The notes below the pieces were generated by a model, which saw only the letters and a program-made list of their open reading frames with translations, was not told the origin of the DNA and did no database searches. This document shows, piece by piece, positions 12,758-26,254 of a DNA stretch of 64,000 nt. The stretch spans positions 53,970,010 to 54,034,009 of the forward strand of contig NC_068991.1 in assembly GCF_001194135.2 (NCBI RefSeq). Direction: 5' to 3'. The stretch comes from Octopus bimaculoides (Eukaryota). How positions within the stretch are numbered: position 1 is the first letter of the stretch; every line of letters starts with the position of its first letter. Both the position numbers and the translations under genes were made by a program.

Positions 12758-15700
12758 TATGTTGAAAAATTTACATATACCTGCATACATGTATGTATAT
12801 GTGTGTGTATGTGTGTATATATATGTGTAAATATGTGTATATAAATGTGTGTATATATTCACACACACATTCATACAAACACACACATATATATACATGC
12901 ATACATACATGCACATATATGTATAATTATATCTTATATACATGCGCACATATATTTGTGCGTATGTGTGTGTGTGTGTGTGTGTGCGCGTGCATTTGCA
13001 TGAGATATTATAAAGTGAGAGAGGTGGGGTGGGGGTTATAAAGAGAGAAAGAATTAATACAATGGGTGCTAGGTGGTTCATATTTACCACCTTCCCTAGT
13101 AAATACCCTCAAGCATTTACATATATTTACATATATTTACTGAAAATGCCAATTAATTCAGTCATGAATAAACTGTTAAATGTGTCCTTGACAAATCATG
13201 TTTTTTTTTTTCCCCTTTTATATTTTGTTTTTCTTTTTACTCTGAACATAATTGTTTGTCCCTTTGCATCTTATTTATCTCAATTTACAAGTCCTTTTCT
13301 ATTTGTAAGTCATTTTGATTGATTTTTGGTGCTTCATAGTGAACAAAACAACAAACAGCTATTTTCTAGCTAAGCTTTTTTCCTTGTTTCCATGTTTTGT
13401 AAGCAAATAAAAAAAAAAAGAAAGAAAAAAGATAAAAACTGGTAACAAACGCTGCTACCAATTAGCTGAGGTCACTAACAAAATATATTTGTGATCAATA
13501 TATTAAACAATTAATTTGCAGGTAATTAAGCAAGGATTGACTAAAGAATTTTCTATATTTTTTAACTGGGTGTGGACATGTGTGTATTTATTGTTCCAGA
13601 TAGTTAAATTGCTCTATAAAATAATAAATATCAATTGATGTACATATGTAAACAGCTTGTTTTCTCTCTCAATGGATATGGTTTGCTCCCCACCAGGGTC
13701 ATTGCGTTACCCTTTAGACAGACATAAAACACCATATAATTTCAACACCTTTGTTTTTCTGAAATGCAGAGTAATTGCTCAAGTAGTTTCCAGATTATTC
13801 ACCTCATTTTTCCTATTGCGATTTTTATTAGTATGTTTTCATTAGTCAATATACAAATCATATCATTCGGTTTCCATTCTAGACAAAGAACTGCAGTGGA
13901 ACCTCAGGAAAATCAAAGAGGCAGAACATATAAAATGAGATTAGAGTCAGTGACTGCTGGAATTCATAATCAACTTCCTTGACAAAATAAATAAATCAAT
14001 CAATCTATAAATTTTACTATTATTTACAAAATTTTGAACCAATTAGTAATTCTAAAATTTACTGACATTTTTTCAACTGAATTCTTAAATTAAAACACAA
14101 AATAACTGAATTAAATTAATTCTAATAGCACTCAACTTCAATATTAAAAAGTTGTTTTATTTTTCCACAAATAGATCAATAGAGATTTAGCCTAAATTTC
14201 TGGAGAGCACAGTTTTAACACCAAGCATGAAAGTGGATTTTTTTTTTCATAAGCAACAAAATTCAGAGAAAATTAGTAACAAAAAGGTTCAAACTATTTA
14301 CTCAAACATATTCTTCAACAGAATGTTCATGAAACCAGCTGCTACATCAACCAATTGTCATATTCTTTGGCATTTTTTCAACTTACATTTAAAAACTTAT
14401 TTGATAAATATTTCTTTTTAGCTAGTGAGTGTATTTACAATCTTGTATTTTCACATTTCCGAATGACATTTAAATGATGGTAAATTAACTGAAAAAAAAA
14501 ATATTAAATTGATAAATACTACACAATCTGAAAACCTATTCAATGAGTTCAGTGAAGATTTTAAATGAGATATAGATACCATTATATGAGAATATAGTTT
14601 AAATATCACCAAATCTGTAAAGAAATCATTTACTATACAATAACAAAGAACTGAAACCATATAATGTAATTATGATTGAAAAATGTGTACCACTCAGCTA
14701 AGAGATATGATCATATATATAAGAACAGGAGACATGCAGGATGATTACACCATTTGGAATAGAGTTGAGAAAAAGTTGAGGGTAAAAGTTGGGTAATCTT
14801 GGTCGTATATATTCAATACCCGTCATTTCAGTTACAGACCTGGAACATTACTCATGTATAATGAATAAGTATCAGAAGGAGACTGTGTGCTTGTATGTAT
14901 AGACAAATGTATATCATCTAATGTGTTTTATATATGTATGTATGCAAATATATATATATATGTACATATGCAACATGCATGTATGTATATATATAATATA
15001 TACATGGATATATATATATATATGTGTGTGTGTGTAAATTTATGTATGCTTTATGTAAATATATACTTTATATGTTTATTTGTATAGATATATATATTTA
15101 TATATATACGATATATGTAAATATGTATATACATATATGCATATGAGTATATACATATTATATATGTATATATNNNNNNNNNNNNNNNNNNNNNNNNNNN
15201 NNNNNNNNNNNNNNNNNNNNNNNNNNNNNNNNNNNNNNNNNNNNNNNNNNNNNNNNNNNNNNNNNNNNNNNNNNNNNNNNNNNNNNNNNNNNNNNNNNNN
15301 NNNNNNNNNNNNNNNNNNNNNNNNNNNNNNNNNNNNNNNNNNNNNNNNNNNNNNNNNNNNNNNNNNNNNNNNNNNNNNNNNNNNNNNNNNNNNNNNNNNN
15401 NNNNGCTAGAGAGATTCTTAAATGTAATAACATGAATATTTCATTTCATTTTATTTCATTGTATTTCATTTCATTTCCTTGGAAAATTTTGAAGATTTTC
15501 TGTACCTGTACTATTGAACAATACCTTCATTTCTTCTAACTAACCTTATTACCATTCTTATTATACAATGCTTTACACAACTAAAAATGTTTTGTCCCTG
15601 TGTGTGTGTATGTGTGTGTGTGTGTGTATGTGTGTGTGTGTGTGTATGTGTGTGTGTGTGTGTGTGAATGCACGTATCTTTTTGCAAAGCAGCTCAGATG

Positions 15701-15926
15701 CTCCTGCAGCTTATAACTAAGAGCTCATAATATTAAGTGGTCTTATTTATGGGTTTCTTTGCATTTATACAAATTTGTAACAAGATGCATATATGTTCTT
15801 GCTGTGTTTCTTTTTATTGCCCATTGTGTTTACATCATATATGTATGTGTATACATCTAACGACCTATCAAGTGTGTGGGTATGTATACATGTGTATATA
15901 TGTATGTATGTATATATGTATATGTA

Positions 15927-16017
<91 letters not shown>

Positions 16018-18135
16018 TATTTCACATGATTTCTCTAATTGTCAGTTAAAATAGTGTCACGGTATATAGAATCATTGTCTCAAATATTAAGGACTGACTT
16101 CTGCAATTTTTCCATGTTGATTTGAAAACTCTAGTCTATATTTTGAACTATGAGTCTACGTTAACTATGTGTTACATTTTATTATTTTTATTTCTTTACT
16201 CCAGACTTTGCACACTCAGAATTGTACCCCTCTCTTTTCCCCCTGTACCGTCCACTACGTTCCAAGTAATTTCTGTATTTCTATTAAATTACAATGACAA
16301 TAGATAATTTACTTAGAGAAATGTAGGTAAAACCACTATTCATGATTAATCAATGAATACTTTTGTTTAAACTCCCAAAAAGTTGAAACCGGTGTAAGAA
16401 TATGTCACACAGCCCATATCTTTCTTTATAAATCATCTCCTACATGCAGCTGTTTATACAATTTTATCTCAATTTTTTTTCTTTTTTGAAATCTATTTCT
16501 TTATTAATTAAATTTACTTCCAAGTTACTAATTACTAACAATGTCTCACTTTATCTCTAAAATCTGTTAATTAAATACTCTTATTACTCAAACTTTTAAG
16601 CATGTTAATGAATTTTTCTAAAGAATTATATACTAAGAGGAAACTAAAACAAACTATAATCAATATTCAATAGCATAGATGGTTAATCTATATGATATTT
16701 AGTTGATGACTGTAGTTGTAATAACTTGAAATATTTCTTTAACTACTAGCACTTCCAACATCATCTACTACTCCTAATACTTACTACATAATAAAGATAA
16801 TAATAATGATAATAATAACAACAATAATAATAATGATAATAATAACAATAATAATAATATCAATAATAACAGCATTAATAAATTTACTTGTCTCTTTTGA
16901 GCATGTACGTATTGATGAGAGACTGAATTATTGAACCGTAATAAGTGAATGTATGTCAATTGATATGCTCAATGAACCATATTAGATTACATTTTCTATG
17001 TGTTTCATACCAGAAAACAAACGTCTTTTCTCACACAACTAATTTGCTACATTGATAACGGTTTGCTACATTGATAACGCGTGAGTATAACTATGTTGAC
17101 AAGATGATCGGAAATTGCTCAGTCTGTTTACAATGTACTTTGCATGGAATCCATTTTATCAAATGTAAAGTGAGATATTACTAAGATTTTGTATTATTCT
17201 ATTTTCCTCGCCTTTATCCAAATTTTTCAATTACATACAACATATATATATACATATATATACATATTGAGTTTGATATGAAAATTTACAATCCTGCTTC
17301 AATATTTTATTCTTCAATTCCCATTTATTTTTCACAGATATTTTCAAAGTAATTTGAACTTTTAGTTTCAAATTACCAAAAAACGCAAAACAAAGTTTTG
17401 GAAATTTTGCTTTCTGTGAAAATGTTTCCTTGCCAACATTTCTCAGCATTTATTAATGAATCTGTTTATAACTAACAATAACAATGAACTAAATTAATTT
17501 TGAAGCTTATTCAACTCAGCTATTACAATACAATTTGTTTTATCTTTCTCAAAACTGCAAAAATAAAATGTGAAAATATATTATTTTTATTCAAAATGTT
17601 GGAATTTTTAAAACTTGTTGAAACTGTTTTAAAACCGTTATTTCTTTGTAAATTTATTTGAAGAAATTTTTCCTTCAAAACTGATCTTTGAGAAATTTTA
17701 CTAAACCTTTTTCCTAAGACGGCAGCTAGGTGTCTAAATTTGAGCTGTTTCGCTCATAGCCAAATGACGCTGGTAAAGTCTATTTCTTGTAATATTGTAT
17801 ACTAAGGAGAGGAAGATCTAGTCTCCACTTAATAGTCGCTATATTGTGGTAATAAAGATTGAAAATTTGAATTTTTTTTCTTTTTCATTAGCTTTTAATG
17901 TAGTTGCAATTTTTTTTTATTTTTTGAAAAAGAATAGTTAAATTTACATTTTTTTATCATTATATGCTACAGAAGCAATATTAGTAGATTAAAATTGCCA
18001 TTTATGAATCATAATTAATGTAAACACATCACAAAAGGCAAATCAGGTGTATTTGTCCAGAGATAATATCTCTTCTGGACTGACTGTGTTTAGAAACATG
18101 AATATATTGCACAGGCGCATATGTGTCTGTGTAAA

Positions 18136-18549
18136 GGCACAGGCATGGCTGTGTAGTAAGAAGCTTGCTTTCCAGCCTCATGGCTTTGAGTTCAGTCCTA
18201 CTGTGTGGCAACTTGAGCAAGTGTCTTCTACTATAGCCTTAGGTCAACCAAAGTCTTATGAGTGGATTTGGTAGACAGAAACTGAAAGAAGTCCATTGTG
18301 TGTGTATGTGTGTGTGTGTGTGTACATGTATATGTGTACATGTGTGTGTGTATATATATGTCCTCCATCACTGCTAGACAACTGGTGTTGGTTTGTTTAT
18401 ATCCCTGTAACTTAGCAGCTCTGCAAAAGAGACTGATAGAAGCACCGGGATTAAAATAAAATAAGCATTAGGGTCAATTCGAGTAAAATTCTTCAAGGCG
18501 GTGACCCAGCATGGACGCAGGCTAATGACTGAAACAAGTAAAAGATAAA
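18136..18549 (+). mobile_element. Copy of the dominant SINE family; others near 5680-5850, 7234-7390, 18765-19015, 21411-21787, 34040-34380, 44255-44660, 45510-45790, 47665-48035, 51120-51590, 59870-60085, 60975-61195 and 63190-63600
   Basis: Same head and tail motifs as 39451-39852, seen by eye at each listed position. Confidence 0.85.
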
Positions 18550-19699
18550 TAATTAGTAACAAATGAAAATCATTCAGTAAAAACAAGGAGGATGCTTGAT
18601 ATGTATTTCTACATCATTGAACTTTGTCAGTAAGCATATAATCACTGGCAGTTGCATGCTAAGACAAATTCCATTGCTGATTAACATTCTCACCTCCACT
18701 GCTGGATGAGTTCCATCTAATACTGATATATTTGTATTTTTAAATACAGTAAATCCATGCCTTTTACTTGTTTCAGTCACATTACACTGCAGCCACGCTG
18801 GAGCACTGTGACAAACACAGACACAAAGACCCATATACGTAGATATATACATATATGATGGGCTTCTTTCAATTTCCATCTGCCAAATCCACTCACAAGA
18901 CATTGGTTGGCCTGAGGCTATAGTAGAAGACACTTGCCCAAGGTGCCATACAGTGGGACTGAACCCAGAACCATGTGGTTGGGAAGCAAGCATCTTACCA
19001 CAGTCACACCTATGCCTCTATACAGCCATGCCTGCATCTAAGAGATATTATCTCTGGGCAAAATGCTTTTTTGCCTTTTTGTGATATATTAGCATTAAGT
19101 ATGATTAACAGGTGGCTTTTTTTAGTGTTCCTGTTGCATGTGACTTATTTTTATTCAGCTGGGTTGCTAATTGCAACACCAAAGATATTTTTCAATCTTC
19201 TCTTACAGACATATCTCTGGATTGCTGATAAAGCCAAGCTTATCAGGCCTATTGATCATAACATATATGAACCAGTAAAACACAGGGCACTTGATATCTG
19301 TCATTCCTGTGGTTTTTCACAAGGTATGAGGATGACATCCTAATTTTGACATCCTCTTATGACAAGGCCATTAAAATATATAGTATATATTCAATAATAT
19401 TGATGTGCATCAAAAATTTCAAGTGGAGCACCCTGATAACATCAGTTCCTTAGCTCTGCTTGATTTTAAACTCAAAATTGCAGAGAATGAACTTATCTTC
19501 ACTAACTTTTACAAAAATGTGACATGTAAGGTATCTATTTGTAGATTATAATTTATTGCTACCCATCAGAGCTAAGATGGCCTGTGTTATAGTTTATTGC
19601 TGTCCATCAGAGCTAAGATGACCTGCACAGTAAACGCAATGGGGCAGGAAGCAAAAGGACTAACAACATACAATTCAGAAAAGTCCTTATAAAAAATGA

Positions 19700-20220
19700 C
19701 TACCTAAATTCATACACCAAATGTCAGGACATCACCAGACATCACAAAAAGGTATAACAAAATCCACACATCCAGGGGTAACATGTATTTTTTTAAAACT
19801 ATCACACTTTAACAAAGGAAAAAAAAACTGCTGCAAGCTATCAGGTAATCCACCATGTGTACATTACTCGACTGTATGATCAATGGTGAAAATATATGTC
19901 TGCAATCCTAAATGGTGTGTAAATATAATGAATTCTACATTGAAAGTGTCATCAGATAAGCACACATTCAGGTTAAAGAACACCTCTATGCTAAAAACAC
20001 TTCTATGCTAAAGAAGATCTCTATGTTGAAGAACGCCTCTATGCTAACACTTCTTCCATAAAAGAAAACACCATGGAAATGTCACACCCAAGACCCAACA
20101 CAACCAAGTTTGCATTGAAGCCATAGAACAAAACATTGGGAATCTCAGAATAAAAGAAGCCATCATAATTAGTAAGACCAACCCAACATATTAAAAACAG
20201 AACCAAACTGCATGCAGCTG
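19700..20220 (+). mobile_element. Decayed Penelope-like element, GIY-YIG region
   Basis: About 20110-20190 reads IEAIEQNIGNLRIKEAIII, similar to the GIY-YIG C-terminus at 21001-21340. Many stops. Boundaries approximate. Confidence 0.5.
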
Positions 20221-20820
20221 GTTGGCTACTACAACAGTGCTACCTTGTGCATGCAAAGCAACCCTTCATATACACATGCTGCAGAACAGAGAAGTCAGTT
20301 CATAATGCCATTTCTCTAAAGATTTCCCAAAGAAGGAGTCCTAAATGCGAAATATTGTAATAGAAATTAAAAGCACAAGTCTGTGACTTGTATTATTTCT
20401 TATAACTTGGATTTTTTTGGCAAAAACAAAAATTTTAAACATATATTGATAAATATTTCTTTTTAGCTAGTGAGTGTATTTACAATCATGTATTTTCACA
20501 TTTCCAAATGACTTTTATTAACACCCTAGTCATATTTAGTGACAATTATAGTTTTCCTTTTTNNNNNNNNNNNNNNNNNNNNNNNNNNNNNNNNNNNNNN
20601 NNNNNNNNNNNNNNNNTATATATATATAAATTTAGTTCCAAACCATTTCTGTGTCACATTTTACTCACAAGGTATTACTTTGGTCAAGGTTACGGTGGAA
20701 GACACTAAGTAAACTTTTAATCTCTGGCCGCCAGGTCAAATCCCCATTTCTGGCACAGTTTCCACTGTAAGACTTTTACAATCTGGTCGTGCCTCCATTT
20801 CTTATATTCCTTCTTGTTAA

Positions 20821-21400
20821 AACAACGTTTTGGCTGATGTACCCTCCAGCCTTCATCAGATTTCTTGGGGAAATTTCGAACCTGGATTCTCATTCCTAAG
20901 GTATTTTTCGATGTTGTTATTAATATTATTATTATTATTATTATTACTCAGGTCACTGCCTGGATTCGAACTCAGAATCTTGGGGTTAAGAGTGTGGCTA
21001 CTAAATAATATATTGATTGCCAACCTCCAGCCTGTTGTTAATTTGGGGCCCTAGTCTGTCTATGAGGATAGCTTCATTAATTCTTAGATTACCCAAATTT
21101 CTTTCATTGGCCTCAATTGTGACTATTATGCTTTTGTCAGTGTTCCAGCACCTATCTAGATATTTTCTGAAGGAGGAGGCTCTCATGTTCAGATGTTCTA
21201 TGATGTGAATGTGAAATGGTCTTGTTGTGCTACCCACAGAGAACTTGTATTTGTTACATTGTATTCTATAGACAAAATTTACCCGTTGACATAAATCTAT
21301 GCCATGGATGGGGCAGTTAGTTAGTGTGCATTGATTGCTGTCCCTTGCTTGTTTCTTTGCTAGGTGTCTTCTCAGAGAGGGGCCAGAGTGGGCTAGTTGT
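20821..21400 (-). mobile_element. Penelope-like element 3' end: GIY-YIG remnant, (TAA)n tract and hammerhead-like motif
   Basis: ORF segment VNFVYRIQC...VGSTTRPFHIHIIEH...LRINEAILIDRLGPQINN is GIY-YIG-like. Downstream lies CTGATGAA-GGCTG-loop-CAGCC-AAAA-CGTT at 20824-20859. Confidence 0.75.
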
Positions 21401-22355
21401 ATATATAAATAAGTGCAAGAGTGGTTGTGTAGTAAGAAGTTTGCTTTCAAACCACATGCTTCTGGATTCAGTCTCAGTGTGTAGTACCTTGGGCAAGTGT
21501 CTTCTATAGCCTCGAGCTGATCAAAGCCTTGTGAGTGGATTTGGTAGATGGAAACTGAAGGAAACCCCATCACATATGTGTGTGTTTGTCCCCTATCATA
21601 GCTTGACAACCGATGTTGGAGTGTTTATGGCGCTGTAACTTAGCAGCTTGTTTAAAAACTGATAGAATAAATACCAGGCTTTAAAAAAATAAGTACTAGA
21701 ATCAATTCATTCAACTAAAACAATTCTTCAAGGTGGTGTTCCATCATGGTTGCAGTGTAATGACTGAAATAAATAAAAGGTAAAGGATGTTTATGAATAC
21801 TGGTCTTGATTTTGCATACTTCATAACAGTTGAAGCACGTTCCATTAAACCTGAAACATGTTCAGAATTGATATCTCCAGCTTTTGTTTAGTTAAAGCCA
21901 TTCAAAATAATGTCATCTACTCCAGCATCAATTGTGACAGTTAAATAAACTATATATGACAGAAGTAGACATCACTACAGGATTAAGGTTATAAAGTATT
22001 CACTGTCAGGACATGTTTGAATGACAAGCCGAGAATTTTACTGGAGAAAATATTTTATTGAAAATTGCTTTTTTTTGTGGGTGGGTTGGCGGGATCTTTT
22101 AATAAAAAGTGGCTATGATGGTTGAATAGCATTTTTAAGAGTTCTAAAGAGTTGTTGAGTTGGAATGTTGGTTTAAATTATATTAAAGCATTAGTAACTC
22201 TAAATGGCAACAGCTGAAAGGTGACTGACCTTTTCTTGTCTGATTGTCTGCTGTTGAAGCAGAGCTTTTGGCTTGCATTTACATGTGAGTGTGCATCCAT
22301 CATTCTATTTCTCTATCTCTCTCTCTAATATATATATATATATATATGTGTGTGG

Positions 22356-22393
<38 letters not shown>

Positions 22394-22993
22394 GGGTGTA
22401 TATATATATATATATATATATATATTTGGAAGCTTATAAGTAAAGTAAATGGTAATGTACAAATCACTCTGCTTATAAAGAAATCAACAGTTCTGTATAA
22501 AATATCGATCTGAGAGACAACAATAATGTACATGCATGATCTCTACTTTCTATGTGCCATCAACAGATGGGCACCTGTAAGTCTAAATCTTATGATAATA
22601 CAATATACTTAAACTACGTGAGTTTACTTTCAAAGCAGAGCCCCAACATGGCTGCAGTTTAATGACTGAAACAAGTAACAGATAAAAGATATATATATAA
22701 AATCAAAATAAGCAACACGGATTTTAAAGATGATTGCAGTACGCACGTTTCATGCTACTCCATTTATTTAAGTAATGCGAGCATTACATTAAATGCAATA
22801 TGTAGAGCAATCTTCAGCTGCACGAAAATGCAGAAAATTACAGTAGAATAGACATATTATAATTGTGGCAACATTTCAAATCCAAGTGAGAAGAAGAATA
22901 CATAAAAATCCATCTTGACATAGCCAAGGCTATCAGGCTAGTAATTGGTTCTAGGCAGAAATTCTAACTGTCTCTGATTTTATTGTCTCTTAT

Positions 22994-23660
22994 CTAGTAG
23001 TTATAGTATAAGGGACAATCACTTCTAAGGAAAGGGAAGGTGTAAGCATTATGCTTACACCCTTTGCATTTGAGGAGTTTATGTGTATTCAGAATGTTAT
23101 TCATTTTTGGGTCTTGAGTGAGCAGAGGGAGATTTTGTATAATTGTGTTGTATGCTTCCTTGTTTCTGGGGTTGTGAGTTGATATGTATGGGAGTGATTT
23201 AAAGTGAGGTGTGGTGTTGTGTTTTGTTGTCCTTAGTGTGTTTGTGTCCAATTTTTTGGCACGTTTAATTCCATAGTCTATAAGTGCAGGTGGGTATTGA
23301 CGTTCAATGAGTGTTATTTTGAGGTCTTGTAGGTGAAGTTCCCCAGTGGCTGAATCAGATACAATGGTACAGATCCTTTTCGCTAGATTAAATGGGATAT
23401 TTATTTTGGTGTGTTTAGGATGGCATGAGCTGAAAAGGAGATGCTGTTTTGAGTCTGTTGGTTTGTGGTAGATTTTGCTTGCAATTTGGTTGTTGGATTT
23501 TTTAATAATCAAAATGTCCAGAAATGGAAGCTCTTCACCACCATATTCCATTGTAAATTGAATATTGGAGTTTATATTGTTTAGTTTAGATTTCAAGTTC
23601 AGAAATTCGTCATAGGTTTCATTCCAGATGATAAAACAATCGTTTAGCTACTTTTTCCAG
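22994..23660 (-). mobile_element. Penelope-like retroelement RT/thumb fragment
   Basis: [11 protein letters not shown] (degenerate WKRYLDDCFIIW), then NIQFTME...LPFLDILI...IYHKPTDSKQHLLFSSCHPKHTKINIPFNLAKRICTIVSD. Abuts a TA-rich microsatellite at about 23662-23829. Confidence 0.88.
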
Positions 23661-24071
23661 TATATACATATATATATATATACATGTATATACATACATA
23701 TACATATATATACATGTATATACATACATACATATATATACATGTATATATATACATACACATATATAGATGTATATACATACATATACATGTATATACA
23801 TGCATACGTATATATATATATATATATATTGGAAGGTTTGGAGGTGATGTACAGGAATTATATATTGGAAAAAATAATAAGGTACTCAGATATCTGGATG
23901 GTTGTGGATTTACAGATTTTTATTAATATGTGATATTGGGATGGCATGGCATGGATACTTTTTATTTTCTTTTATATACAGTTAATGGGTCTACATATAG
24001 TTAATTGCAAATAAAACACAAATAATAAAAGAACAAGAAAAAGATTATTTTGATAAGTTCGCACTTAGTTG

Positions 24072-24106
<35 letters not shown>

Positions 24107-26155
24107 CATTTTAGTGGAATAATCTCTCTTGGAGTTTTTAGACTTTAAACACCCAGAGGGAATTTTTGTTAATTAATTGCATGGATAATTACAACTAATC
24201 AAAGTTCTTCAGTTCATTATATTACATGATTTGGATCACTACCATATTTATACTTTGTATACAGAATAATTCCTTCAGGTATTTTCTCTCAGCCATATCA
24301 TTGATGCAGGGAAGCTATATCAAAAGTTACAAGCAAATGGTTTTCTAAACAGAACTGTTTATCATCAACTCAGTTGTGTCCCCTCTAACAGGGGCTAACA
24401 TAAATCATTTCAGGTTACTGGGGCAAAAAGTAAAAACAGAAATTAAAATATAAAAGGATGTTTCACATATCATATTATTCCTTACGGTTACTTGGAAGCC
24501 TATAAATAAAGAAAATGGTATTGTACTAATCACTCCACTTATAAAGAAATTGACAGTTCTGTAGAAAATACCGATCTGAGAGACAACAGCAATAAAATAT
24601 AGATATGATCTTTACTTCCTATGTACCATCAACAGGTGGACACCTGTCAGTCAAAGTTTTATGATAATACAATGTAGTTAAACTACACATATTTACTTTG
24701 AAATGTTTTATAAAATACAGGTTTGAATGTGATAGAGATTCCTAGCAAGAGAAGTAACATTTTTCCCTTGTAACATTGATAAAAACAAGATTTGAATTAA
24801 CACAGATTACTGGGGTGATATTGTGCGTAAAAATAAGCCAGTGGTGTAAAACATGTTCATAAAATGCAAGTTCTTTTCAGCCACATATGTACTGTTTGAT
24901 AAAAAAGAAATCGACAAACATACTCAGCAACCTGGTGAAATCAATATACAGCCATCAATGTCTCATTCAGCACAAATGTGTTAAATTAAGATTAACTGAA
25001 ACAAGACTAGAAAATACAGACTCCTGTTCCTTGTTCAGACTGTTACATCAAAGTGAAAGAGAGCAAGAACAGTTTTGGGTTCTGTTTATACATCCAGCTC
25101 ATGGTTGAGCGGTACTATTGTCTATTGGTTCAATAAACAAGTGAAAAACAAAGAACAGCTAAAGTGTCACTTGGTTACATGTGGGTTGTTATATCAATAT
25201 TCTTCTAGGTTGCTGAGAAGTAATGATTGCTAAGTCTTAAAACAAAACTGGTCTACATGATATGTGCATGAGATGCAAGTGAGTCCTACATGTGTTTACT
25301 TTCAAACAAGTCTGTGTGATGTATATGCATGATATAAGTGGGTTTGCATAATGTGTGCACAAGACGCAAATGAGTGTGCATAAAATGCAAGTGACTCTGC
25401 TAGAATATGTGTTCCTTTGTACTTGTGGATCTGAAGAAAGTGAATGAACAATGATATTAGCATTTTAGTATGTATGCACATACAAGTTTGTTTATCCATC
25501 TACTTTTCTCTAGTGAAATCTGAGTAGGTTTATAAAAATATTAATAAATAGTTTATTTCAGAAAAATAGCTTAGTATTGTAATCTGCAGTTGCAAATGTA
25601 ATGAGTTTTGGTATTGGTAATGAGATGAAATATTGGTATTTGTATTGAAGTAATAATGTTGAGCTTACATATTTATGAAGTGAGCACATGATGGCCTTTG
25701 CCAGCTGGTGCATTTGATATGAGATTATAATGCTTTCTGCTAGCTGGAAAGGCATACTCATTGAAATGGACACTGCATAACAGGATCTTGGTAGCTGGAG
25801 GATCAGTATCGGGAGTGACGCATCACAGCTGGCCAGCTGTTCTCTTTAGTGGGGAACTCTAGAAATTAATTCTTTAATGACACTCATAAATATAGCGTTT
25901 GATCAAAGTTTCTGATAAGGCAGCTTCAAGCTTAAAGCCTGATTGATGCACTAGCATCATTTGGATCATCATGGTGAATGTATTTGGAAAATAAATTAAA
26001 AAGATTCTGTATCTGATATTAGAAATGGAATATTTGATAAAAAGATCATGCTCACTAATGTACAAAATTTTGATGTGTGATACACAACAATAAAGAACAT
26101 ATTTTCTCTTTCATATTTATTACTTCTCTTTTATTTCCTATGTACCATCAGAAAG

Positions 26156-26204
<49 letters not shown>

Positions 26205-26217
26205 CACACACTCGCAT

Positions 26218-26251
<34 letters not shown>

Positions 26252-26254
<3 letters not shown>

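Noticed and set aside
25558-25860. Minus-strand frame containing KILLCSVHFNEYAF, weakly like a THAP CSxHF motif
   Set aside because: No N-terminal CxxxC and no conserved W/P residues. All frames from the nearest acceptor contain stops.
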